In this document: piece by piece, positions 48,602 through 57,492 of the stretch
Numbering within the stretch: the first letter of the stretch is position 1
Layout of the letters: each line of letters begins with the position of its first letter
Assembly (NCBI GenBank): GCA_963705705.1
Contig: CAVPKK010000003.1
Location: forward strand, 136,209-200,208
DNA from: an uncultured bacterium
GTDB lineage: Bacteria > Babelota > Babeliae > Babelales > JABCYS01
DNA: 64,000 nt
Direction: 5' to 3'
Position numbers and translations under genes: made by a program
The notes under the pieces: model-generated
The model's database searches: none
What the model saw: the letters and a program-made list of their open reading frames with translations, nothing else
Told to the model about the DNA's origin: nothing

Positions 48602-49351
48602 CTAGTCTAAACGTCTCAACTGCAAGTACAAGTTTTTCCAAAAAAGCTTCGCGCTCCCCGGCATAGGCAATACCACATAGGCATGCTGAACAATTGCCAT
48701 TACCTCATGCGCTCGTGAATTATTTTGTTTGAGCTCTGCAACCCAATAACTCATAATTGCATCCAAAACAGCAACCGAATTGTGTTCATTAAGCTCAGCC
48801 GTTTCGAGTGCTGAAAGAAATACTAATGGATTCGCCTGTTCTTTGCTCGTAAATTCGGCAATGAATTGATGATGTTCGCCAATCTCTTCGTCGGCATACC
48901 ATGAACGAACTATGCATCGCGAACGAATTGTTGGTAGTACCATATCGCGGCGTTCAGCAAGCAGTAAAAAATGATATCCCGTCGGTGGCTCTTCAATTGA
49001 CTTGAGTAAACGATTTGCACAAGCTGGTGGCAGGGCGTCGGCACGTTCAAGCACAAAAAAGAATTGGCTACCTGGATCATTGGCAAAACGCAACCGTGCC
49101 AGAAGATCATCAATGTCATCTACCGAATATTGTTTTTCTGGCGTCCACCAACTTATGGCATGGAATTGTCGCTGCGAAATTTGGCGGCAGGGCGGGCACA
49201 CATTGCAACTATTTTTGGTAGAACAAAATAACGTTTGCAAATACCGTTCTGCTTCCACTTGTAGCTGAGTTCGCTGACCGATCCATAAATAAGCCGGTGC
49301 TATAGTGCCAGCAGGTTGTGTTGTGTCAGATAGCTGATGAGTTGTTTCCAT
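48602..49351 (-). CDS. holB: DNA polymerase III delta' subunit
   Basis: CNVCPPC, ANRLLKSIEEPP, LPTIRSRC; downstream of tmk. Confidence 0.85.
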   Translation of the reverse strand: METTHQLSDTTQPAGTIAPAYLWIGQRTQLQVEAERYLQTLFCSTKNSCNVCPPCRQISQRQFHAISWWTPEKQYSVDDIDDLLARLRFANDPGSQFFFVLERADALPPACANRLLKSIEEPPTGYHFLLLAERRDMVLPTIRSRCIVRSWYADEEIGEHHQFIAEFTSKEQANPLVFLSALETAELNEHNSVAVLDAIMSYWVAELKQNNSRAHEVMAIVQHAYVVLPMPGSAKLFWKNLYLQLRRLD

Positions 49352-49947
49352 GTTGTATCAAATACTTGTTCGGGTGATTGTGCGCCATCGATAAGTATAA
49401 CATCAGGTCGTCCCTGGTACATGGCCCTATACCCATCAATTATACGCTGCATAAATTCCATTTGCTCTTGCTCGAAGGAGGTTGGCTTTTCTGCACGGGC
49501 GGCGCGGCGTCGTTCGGCTGTGGCAAGATCGACATCAACATACAGCGTCGGCGTAGCTTTTATCTGTTGCATGGCCCATCTATTTACCTGTTCGATCATA
49601 GTGCGATCAAGGCCGCGGCCATACCCCTGATATGCCATTGCAGAATCTGCCATGCGATCAGAAATAATTAATTTTTTTTCTTCCAACGCTGGCTTAATGA
49701 GGGTGGCCATATGTTGTGCGCGGTCCGCGGCGAATAGTAAAAACTCGGCAACCGGCGTCAGCGGAATTGTTTGTTCTTGTAGGATTGCGCGCAACTGTTT
49801 TCCCAATTCTGTGCCACCAGGTTCTTTGGTCAAAATCGCCGTAACTGAACTCTGCAAGAAACGTTCCTGCAATTTTTTTGCTAAGGTAGATTTGCCTGAA
49901 CCATCAATACCTTCGATAGCAATCAGGATGCCTGTTTTTAAGATCAT
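49300..49947 (-). CDS. tmk: Thymidylate kinase
   Basis: IEGIDGSGKST, EPGGT, ADRAQH, SDR, AYQG. Confidence 0.95.
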   Translation of the reverse strand: MILKTGILIAIEGIDGSGKSTLAKKLQERFLQSSVTAILTKEPGGTELGKQLRAILQEQTIPLTPVAEFLLFAADRAQHMATLIKPALEEKKLIISDRMADSAMAYQGYGRGLDRTMIEQVNRWAMQQIKATPTLYVDVDLATAERRRAARAEKPTSFEQEQMEFMQRIIDGYRAMYQGRPDVILIDGAQSPEQVFDTTWKQLISYLTQHNLLAL

Positions 49948-50087
49948 AGGGTGATATTGTTGTGTGGCTGACGCCACTCTATATGTTACTGCGCTCGCAC
50001 GGAAAATACATTTTCCTGACTCACTTCGCCAATATTATGGGAGCTTGGTAGACTAGAAGTCTATCATAAATTTCATTGGAGATATGA

Positions 50088-51602
50088 ATGACCGATCAGC
50101 AAAAGTTAGATGCTTTGCGCGAACAATTTAGTCGCGATGGGCAACTTATATCGCCTCGCGAACTATTGCAGCGTGCGGCAACTAAATGGCCAAACACGAT
50201 AGCCTTAGTCACAGATGATATACAAGTTACCTATGCAGAATTATACAAACGTTCCGCACTATTAACTAAATATCTCGCAGCTCAAGGAATTAAACCAGGC
50301 GATCGTGTTGGTGTTCTTTTTTCAAATTCTATTAATTTTTTTATCGCATACTACGGTGCGTGGCAAACCGGAGCGGTGATTATTCCTCTTAATATTTTCT
50401 TGACGCCTGTTGAGTTAGCGCAAATTGTTGAGCATGCCAAGCCCTCATTGATTATCGGCGAAAAAGAGCGCATGGATGGTTTGAAGGTGCGCCTCATGAA
50501 CGAAGAAGAGCTAGAAAAGATTGTTTCAGCCGATGACCATGAACCAGACATTACGATTCCTCTTTGCAAACCAGATGATTTAGCAACGCTACCTTACACT
50601 TCCGGCACCACCGGTTTCCCAAAAGGGGTGATGCTCAGTTCCAAAAACATCATGACGAATGTTTTGCAGTCCATTACGCGCATTCCGCTTAATAAAGAAG
50701 AGCGCATTTTTGCTATTTTGCCTTTGTTTCATAGCTTTGCGCAAGTATCGTGTGTATGGGGACCATTCGCCGTCGGAGCAACAATTATTGTCGTACCCAA
50801 AATTGAACGGCGTACTATTGCGCAAGGCTTAACCCATAAACCAACTATATTTGTGGGTGTGCCGGCATTATATGGTGTACTTGCACTGATGAAGACGGCA
50901 GATATTGATAGTGTGCGCTTTTTTGTTTCCGGCGGTGACGCATTGCCCGACCAAATTCGTGCTGCTTTTGAATTAGTCTATCGTAGAAAACTATGCAATG
51001 GCTATGGTTTAACCGAAGCCTCACCCGTTGTTGCCGCAGAATTGAATGATGAGCTTTTGCCAACAAATTGCGTTGGGAAACTATTGCCAGAAATAGAATG
51101 CTCGTTGCGTGATGAGAATGACAATGAAATGCCACCAGGTGAAATCGGTATTCTCTGGATACGTGGCCCGAATATAATGCTTGGTTATTACGAAGCTCCC
51201 GAGCAAACTGATTCTGTGCTCAAAGATGGCTGGTTAAATACGGGCGATTTTGCTCGCATGGACGCAGAAGGCCGTCTATACATTTCAGGGCGTTATAAAG
51301 ATCTTATCATTAATAAAGGCGTCAATATTTATCCGCAAGAAATTGAGAATGTATTGCTCGCTCATTCTGCCGTGATGTTGGCCGCGGTGGTCGGAAAACC
51401 AGATCCAATGGTTGGCGAACTGCCCGTGGCGTTTGTACAATTACGCGCACCCCTTGAGAATGCAGAGGAAACATTGCGTGAATGGTGCTCCCGTAGCCTG
51501 GCCGCGTACAAAATTCCTCGCGAAATTTATGTGGTCGAAAAACTACCAATGACCGCGATGGGTAAAGTTGATAAGAAAAAACTGGTCAGCGAACTGAAGT
51601 AA
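50088..51602 (+). CDS. Long-chain acyl-CoA synthetase (AMP-binding family)
   Basis: YTSGTTGFPKG, GYGLTEASP, GWLNTGD, GKVDK. Confidence 0.9.
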   Translation: MTDQQKLDALREQFSRDGQLISPRELLQRAATKWPNTIALVTDDIQVTYAELYKRSALLTKYLAAQGIKPGDRVGVLFSNSINFFIAYYGAWQTGAVIIPLNIFLTPVELAQIVEHAKPSLIIGEKERMDGLKVRLMNEEELEKIVSADDHEPDITIPLCKPDDLATLPYTSGTTGFPKGVMLSSKNIMTNVLQSITRIPLNKEERIFAILPLFHSFAQVSCVWGPFAVGATIIVVPKIERRTIAQGLTHKPTIFVGVPALYGVLALMKTADIDSVRFFVSGGDALPDQIRAAFELVYRRKLCNGYGLTEASPVVAAELNDELLPTNCVGKLLPEIECSLRDENDNEMPPGEIGILWIRGPNIMLGYYEAPEQTDSVLKDGWLNTGDFARMDAEGRLYISGRYKDLIINKGVNIYPQEIENVLLAHSAVMLAAVVGKPDPMVGELPVAFVQLRAPLENAEETLREWCSRSLAAYKIPREIYVVEKLPMTAMGKVDKKKLVSELK

Positions 51603-51609
51603 TAAAATC

Positions 51610-52725
51610 ATGACTCAGGTCCGTACAAAATTATTGCATATCATTTCTAGCCTACAGGTCGGCGGGGCAGAAGCCATGCTCGTTGACTTAGTAGCTGGTC
51701 TCAAAGATCAATTTGATCAAGAAGTTATCTACTTCCATCATGGCCCGCATGCCCAACGACTGACAGAACTTGGTATACCGATCCATCAAGTTAAGGGCCT
51801 GATTAAATTGTACGATCCTCTCTTCCTTTATCGCTTAAATAACCTGGTTAAGACTATGAGGCCAGACGTTATTCATACTTCCCTGTGGTCGGCCGGATGG
51901 CTTGGCCGCTGGGTGGGGAAAAAATTTAATATCCCAGTTATCTGTGCCGTCCATTCTCTGGTTGGCTTAGATGGCAGGCTGAGAGATTGGCTTGATAAAC
52001 AAAATATAGATGCTGCCGCCAAAATGGTTGCCGTTTCTGAGAGTGTGGCAGAGTCGATTTACAAGCAACGGTATACGCCTGGGCAGAAAATTGTGATTAT
52101 TAGAAATGGTATCGATGCCCAAGAAATACGTGCACGAGCTGAACAGAAGCGACAAACTCGGACAACTTTAGACATTCCTGAAGATGCTTTTGTGGTTGGA
52201 TCGGTCGGTCGGTATATCGCAAGTAAAAGATACGATTTGTTAATCGAGACGGTGGCTCAAAGCGTAGTAGCGCGCGATGGCAAAGCATCAATTCATTTAG
52301 TATTGGTCGGCCATGGCATTGAAGAGCAAAATTTGCGTCAGCGCGTAAAAGAGCTCTGCCTGGAAAACAACGTCCATTTTATTCATGACTTTCCGGCCTA
52401 CGGCTACTATCAATTATTCGACTGCTTCGCGTTGCCCTCAGTTAGAGAGGGGTTATCAATGGCCTTGCTCGAAGCAATGAGCTGCGGTTTGCCTTCAATT
52501 GTAACGGGGCAAGCAAATCAACATGAAGTCATTCGACACGGGGTAAATGGCATCGTTATTTCACCTAATAATGGGCAAGAATTATTTCAAGCAATACAAA
52601 AGCTTTCAGATTCACCAGATGTGCGTGCTGCCATGGGTGCCGACGCAGCTAATTATGTACGAAAAGAGCTCAATCAAGCCAAGATGGTACGCGATTATGC
52701 CCACTTGTTTAAAGCCTCTTTATAA
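51610..52725 (+). CDS. GT4 glycosyltransferase
   Basis: GGAE, NGID, EGLSMALLEAM. Confidence 0.9.
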   Translation: MTQVRTKLLHIISSLQVGGAEAMLVDLVAGLKDQFDQEVIYFHHGPHAQRLTELGIPIHQVKGLIKLYDPLFLYRLNNLVKTMRPDVIHTSLWSAGWLGRWVGKKFNIPVICAVHSLVGLDGRLRDWLDKQNIDAAAKMVAVSESVAESIYKQRYTPGQKIVIIRNGIDAQEIRARAEQKRQTRTTLDIPEDAFVVGSVGRYIASKRYDLLIETVAQSVVARDGKASIHLVLVGHGIEEQNLRQRVKELCLENNVHFIHDFPAYGYYQLFDCFALPSVREGLSMALLEAMSCGLPSIVTGQANQHEVIRHGVNGIVISPNNGQELFQAIQKLSDSPDVRAAMGADAANYVRKELNQAKMVRDYAHLFKASL

Positions 52726-52849
52726 AAGTTGCTTTTTAAAAAAGAAGGTCTAATATACCCGCCATGATATTTTCTTCATTTTAGTTCTTGATAACCTCCA
52801 TTTCCCCTGTTCGAACTTCGGTTCGGGTGGGGGTTTTTCTTTTTCGGTT

Positions 52850-53902
52850 ATGAGCATGCTTCAAGTCAGACAACCACACATAAAAAATAATCGCTTTCAA
52901 AATGCGCCGGATGAAAAACCGCATAATGGCGTTTTAACGCGAACTGCGCTTATGTGGGCACAATCGGTTATCAAAAGAGCCGTCCATCGATTTTCAAATA
53001 AACATGATGAGCTTCATGATCCGTTGGCTATATATACACCTGAAATGCCGACGCTTCGATCCGAAGAGCCAAAAGTTACCTGGATTGGTCATGCAACCTT
53101 CCTCATCCAAATTGGCGGGATGAATATTTTAACTGACCCGGTATTTGGTAGCCCAACACCATTTTTTGGACGCAATGCGCCACCGGGTATTGTGCCAACT
53201 GATTTGCCACCGATCGATGTGATCCTGATTTCGCATAATCACATGGATCATATGCATGGCCCATCCCTACAGCAACTGTTCCCCGAACTCAAAAAAAATA
53301 ATGGCCAGGTGCTAGTGCCCTTCGGCGATGACCACTGGTTTAAAAAAAGATCGTTCGACCAAGTGACAGGTTTCCATTGGGGCGAACGCAAGACGCTACA
53401 AAATTTGACCTTCACTTTCCTCCCAGCACGCCATTGGTCCCGCCGCGGCATGTTTGATCGCAATAAAAGCCTTTGGGGCAGCTGGATGATTGAATATAAA
53501 GAAAAGAGCGCTCATCCAGAGTTTATCGAAGGATCAGAGCGCGAATGCAAAAAAAATACAATCTACTTCGCCGGCGACTCAGCCTATGCCGACCATTTCT
53601 CAGAAATTCGCCAGCACTTCCCAAATATTGACGTAGCACTTATGCCAATAGCGCCATGCGAACCGGATCACATCATGCGAGAAATGCATATGAATGCCGA
53701 GGAATCTGTTCAAGCCTATCTGGATCTCAATGCCCAAAGTTTTATCCCGATGCACTGGCACACCTTCAACTTTGGTCATGATACCATTATGACGCCGTTG
53801 CACCGACTGCAAAAAAAATGGGAACTGCAACAACTGCCACAAAAGCAATTGATAATTCCCAATATCGGTTTAGGCGTAGAATTAACCGGCCCAAGCAAAT
53901 AG
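52850..53902 (+). CDS. MBL-fold hydrolase (NAPE-PLD/RomA-like) with in-frame repeat insert
   Basis: WIGHATF, SHNHMDH, PARHWS, YFAGD, IPMHW. Confidence 0.88.
   Translation: MSMLQVRQPHIKNNRFQNAPDEKPHNGVLTRTALMWAQSVIKRAVHRFSNKHDELHDPLAIYTPEMPTLRSEEPKVTWIGHATFLIQIGGMNILTDPVFGSPTPFFGRNAPPGIVPTDLPPIDVILISHNHMDHMHGPSLQQLFPELKKNNGQVLVPFGDDHWFKKRSFDQVTGFHWGERKTLQNLTFTFLPARHWSRRGMFDRNKSLWGSWMIEYKEKSAHPEFIEGSERECKKNTIYFAGDSAYADHFSEIRQHFPNIDVALMPIAPCEPDHIMREMHMNAEESVQAYLDLNAQSFIPMHWHTFNFGHDTIMTPLHRLQKKWELQQLPQKQLIIPNIGLGVELTGPSK
53508..53542 (+). repeat. Basic repeat D in-frame (AHPEFIEGSER)
   Basis: GCGCTCATCCAGAGTTTATCGAAGGATCAGAGCGC; near-identical to the reverse complement of 58387-58421. Confidence 0.9.
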
Positions 53903-54103
53903 TGTTTTTTTGTCTCAAGTGAAATATTAGATGAAGCAATGCGATTATGGCTACTTTGGTAGTCGCTCAACTTCGCATTATGTTTTGAGTCCAGAATCGG
54001 TAAAAACCCTTTTCATTCCAGCATAAACTCTTCCTTTTAGCTTAGCTATTTTGCTACCTTGGCATATGAGGATCTATCCCAAGCTAAAAAAGGATGGCAC
54101 AAC

Positions 54104-55888
54104 ATGATCAGCAAAAATTTATTGTTCTTATTCTTATTACTCTCAACTTTTGGCTCTACCCAAGCCATTTCCTTTATGGATTATTACAAAGGCAACGCTG
54201 CATTGGGCATCCCTTCGCACGAAAAACAGGTTAATGATGCGGTTGAGAGTAGGCGCTTATTTATTCCGGGTGTAAATCTTACTGACTTAGACGGCATTGA
54301 TACTGTGCCAAATATAGACCAACTTTTACTTCTTGATTTGCATGATAACCAACTTGAAGCACTCCCAGCTGGGATTAACAAGCTTAAAAGGCTTCAGGAT
54401 CTCCGACTTCACCACAATCAATTTTCAGTATTTCCCAAGGTCATTTGTGAATTGCCTGACCTTGAAATTCTTGATTATGAATATAACCAACTTACCAGCA
54501 TCCCCGAGTGTATAGGTGGTTTAATAAAACTGAGAAACCTTTTTCTTGGCCATAATAATCTTACCTTACTTCCTGTAAGTATTTGCAAGTTGAGTGAATT
54601 AACTGATCTTTTGTTCCGTGAGAATGAAATCGATGAGCTGCCTGATTGTTTTGGCCAATTGGTAAAGCTCAATCGGTTAGTAGCAGCTGAGAATCAATTA
54701 ACAAAGGTGCCTTTTCTTGGTGGAACTGCACTTAGAAGCGTAAAATTGGCTGAAAATCCATTGCCATTTAGCAATGAGCAACTGTATGAGGAACTTGGCC
54801 TGAAACCGGAAGTTGAGCTGACATTTAAATCGCAAAATCGTGAGCAAGAAGAACATCGATTGTTTGGCGCTATCATGGCAGGCGACGTTGAGGCAGTGGG
54901 CCAACTTTATACCAAAATCAAAGGTTTCTTAAATAAAAGCTACCCATTTGAAAGTTTTGTGCCCATATTAAATCCAATAGATATTGCCAAAATCCGTGAT
55001 CCATATGGTAACAATTTACTGCATGCGACCATCCAACGCGCGAGCGAACACCTCAGGCAAATTAGTAAGCAAATGAACGCGCTTGTGCAAGACGAATCAC
55101 TAACTGAGAAATCAAAAGCTGATCGATTGGAAAAGCTGGAGCACCAAAAGAGTGAGATTAATGATCGTTATATGAAAATTTTCAGCATCCTGTTGAACTG
55201 CAGACAGAAATGTGTTGAAGATATGCTGAATACCACCAATGCGCAGGGCGAAACAGTTATCATGGCTATGCTTGGCAAGCTTGGTCCTGATAATCCACTA
55301 TTCCTAGCAATTGAAAAAGTGCTCTTGGATGAAGAAAAACAAATTAAAGAAGAAAAAAAAATAAAAGCTATACAAGCACAGGAAGAGGCTGAAAAAGAGA
55401 GAACCTTTGAAGAGGAAAAGAAGATAAAGGCCAAGCAAGCCGAAGAAGCACGCCGTAAGGAACAAGAAGTCCAAACGAGAAGATTTGCCTCGGAACATAT
55501 TCAAGAAGAGGAATTAAAGCAAATAATTGAAGAGCACAAGCGAAAACAAAAGGAAAAAGAAGAAAATGCTTCTTGCGAGACAGTTGCAGAACTGCTCGAA
55601 CAAGAAACCGCACAACACAAGCAGCAGCTCGTTGACCGCCTAACCGAATTGCGCGAAGTAACGGATAAAAATAAGCTGCCTCAGATTTCAAAACAGATCC
55701 AACAAGCGATTAATTTTGTTGATGAGCAACCGTATACTGCAGATGTCCTAAAACTGACGATGGAGATGCTTAAACAAGTTAATAAAGCAACAAACATTAA
55801 ATATCGTAATCGGTCAACAAAAATTTCGGATTTATTGAAACCTATAATTTCGACCATGGATAGAGACATTAAAATATTGGCTCGATAA
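54104..55888 (+). CDS. Secreted LRR + ankyrin-like + coiled-coil protein
   Basis: Signal peptide; LRRs (LDLHDNQLEALP etc.); DPYGNNLLHA and NAQGETVIMA ankyrin-like motifs; E/K/Q-rich tail. Confidence 0.85.
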   Translation: MISKNLLFLFLLLSTFGSTQAISFMDYYKGNAALGIPSHEKQVNDAVESRRLFIPGVNLTDLDGIDTVPNIDQLLLLDLHDNQLEALPAGINKLKRLQDLRLHHNQFSVFPKVICELPDLEILDYEYNQLTSIPECIGGLIKLRNLFLGHNNLTLLPVSICKLSELTDLLFRENEIDELPDCFGQLVKLNRLVAAENQLTKVPFLGGTALRSVKLAENPLPFSNEQLYEELGLKPEVELTFKSQNREQEEHRLFGAIMAGDVEAVGQLYTKIKGFLNKSYPFESFVPILNPIDIAKIRDPYGNNLLHATIQRASEHLRQISKQMNALVQDESLTEKSKADRLEKLEHQKSEINDRYMKIFSILLNCRQKCVEDMLNTTNAQGETVIMAMLGKLGPDNPLFLAIEKVLLDEEKQIKEEKKIKAIQAQEEAEKERTFEEEKKIKAKQAEEARRKEQEVQTRRFASEHIQEEELKQIIEEHKRKQKEKEENASCETVAELLEQETAQHKQQLVDRLTELREVTDKNKLPQISKQIQQAINFVDEQPYTADVLKLTMEMLKQVNKATNIKYRNRSTKISDLLKPIISTMDRDIKILAR

Positions 55889-55933
55889 AAAGCAGATGAC
55901 GGAATGCAAGCACATGCTTATTTCGTGCAACCT

Positions 55934-56902
55934 TTACTCGTTATAAAAATCTTTAGACAAATATGCACGGCCCGAGTCGCCGAAAATCATCACAACCACA
56001 TCAGATGGTGTAAGTGTCTTGGCAAGCTCATATGCAGCATATGCTACAGCGCCGCTGCTTGGTCCGATGAGCAAGCCATATTTGCGCGCCATGGTTTTGA
56101 GCATCGCAATTGAATCATCATCAGTCACATTCAAAAATTCATCAGTTACCAGAGGATCATACAATGGCGTTTCAAAATCAACGCCGATGCCTTCAAGTTT
56201 GTATGGTTTTGGATCGCCGTTGCGCGCTCGCCAGGAATTGATGCTATCGACTGGCAATATTTTAACCTTTGGATTTTTTTCTTTCAGATATTTGCCTGCA
56301 CCGTTGCTATGGCCGCAACTGCCAGCCGCTGCAAGGAAATGAGTAATAAGCCCATCCGTTTGCTTCCATACTTCGGGCCCGAGTGAGTAATAATGGGCTA
56401 GGCTGTTGGTATGATTGAAATATTGGTTGAGCATGATGGAATTTGGTGTTTTGTGATGTATATCCATGGCAACTGAGTGATAACTGCCCGGATCAATAAA
56501 GCCTGGCGTTACGGGGCATAAAATTACTTCAGCACCGTATGCGCGAATGGTATTAATTTTTTCTTTGCTGGCTTTTTCAGACGCGGTAACAATAACGCGA
56601 TACCCTTTAACTGCACCAATCATCGCTGCTGCAATACCTTGGTTGCCGGATGATGCTTCGATGATAGTGCCACCTGGTTTCAGCTCGCCTGTTTTTTCTG
56701 CATGCTCAATCATGTACAGTGCCGAGCGATCTTTGAGGCTGCCGCCCGGGCTCAAATATTCTAATTTTGCTAATACAACGGCTGGTACATCAAAATCAAC
56801 ACGAATAAGTGGCGTGTTGCCGAGCGCAGCAAGCAGGTCGGGTAAATTTTGTAATGGTCTAACGGGTTGTTGTGTGGTGTTTTTTTCTGTATCGATATGC
56901 AT
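55934..56902 (-). CDS. PLP-dependent cysteine synthase / cystathionine beta-synthase family
   Basis: GNTPL, KLEYLSPGGSLKDR, EASSGNQG, NQY, GPSSGA. Confidence 0.9.
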   Translation of the reverse strand: MHIDTEKNTTQQPVRPLQNLPDLLAALGNTPLIRVDFDVPAVVLAKLEYLSPGGSLKDRSALYMIEHAEKTGELKPGGTIIEASSGNQGIAAAMIGAVKGYRVIVTASEKASKEKINTIRAYGAEVILCPVTPGFIDPGSYHSVAMDIHHKTPNSIMLNQYFNHTNSLAHYYSLGPEVWKQTDGLITHFLAAAGSCGHSNGAGKYLKEKNPKVKILPVDSINSWRARNGDPKPYKLEGIGVDFETPLYDPLVTDEFLNVTDDDSIAMLKTMARKYGLLIGPSSGAVAYAAYELAKTLTPSDVVVMIFGDSGRAYLSKDFYNE

Positions 56903-56921
56903 GCTAATCCTTAAACCTAAA

Positions 56922-57488
56922 TTATTTCTTCCATCGTTTCCATGCCCATGCCAAAGCAATAGCAAGTATGATGAGTGTAACGACGATGAGTGATGTTTCG
57001 CAAGACTTAGTTGCAGTCGGTATCATTTCTTTGTTTGCCGACGTTGTTCTGCCAACGTAATATACTAATTGTTTTTCATTATGCGGATCCGTTACAAATC
57101 CTAAACTTTTATAGAACTGAAGCCTCTCCGGTAGGATCTTCTCAAGTTCTTCACCCGTAAAGTCTATAAGTTTGCCATCTTGCATTTCCATTGCGCCCGG
57201 TATGAGCAAGATAATGCTATAACCATGTTGCGCTATGGTATCAATTGCACGCCGAACTAATTTCTTGCCGTATCCCTTTTTACGATATTCCGGCTTTACA
57301 TACAAGCTATAAATGCCAGCAACCGAGGGATCCGAGTAATAGGTGTTCCAATTAATGAAGCCAACTTCTGTGCCGTCATCACGCAACGACAATTTTTCTT
57401 GTAACTCCACGTTTTCATTGGTATTGCTCGTTGGCATTGGCGGTTCGGCGAGGAATGTAAGTGCTGCGAGTATGGTAAAAATCAACAT
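56922..57488 (-). CDS. GNAT acetyltransferase with signal peptide and C-terminal TM anchor
   Basis: LYVKPEYRKKGYGKKLV, FYKSLGF; hydrophobic N- and C-termini. Confidence 0.8.
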   Translation of the reverse strand: MLIFTILAALTFLAEPPMPTSNTNENVELQEKLSLRDDGTEVGFINWNTYYSDPSVAGIYSLYVKPEYRKKGYGKKLVRRAIDTIAQHGYSIILLIPGAMEMQDGKLIDFTGEELEKILPERLQFYKSLGFVTDPHNEKQLVYYVGRTTSANKEMIPTATKSCETSLIVVTLIILAIALAWAWKRWKK

Positions 57489-57492
57489 ATAT

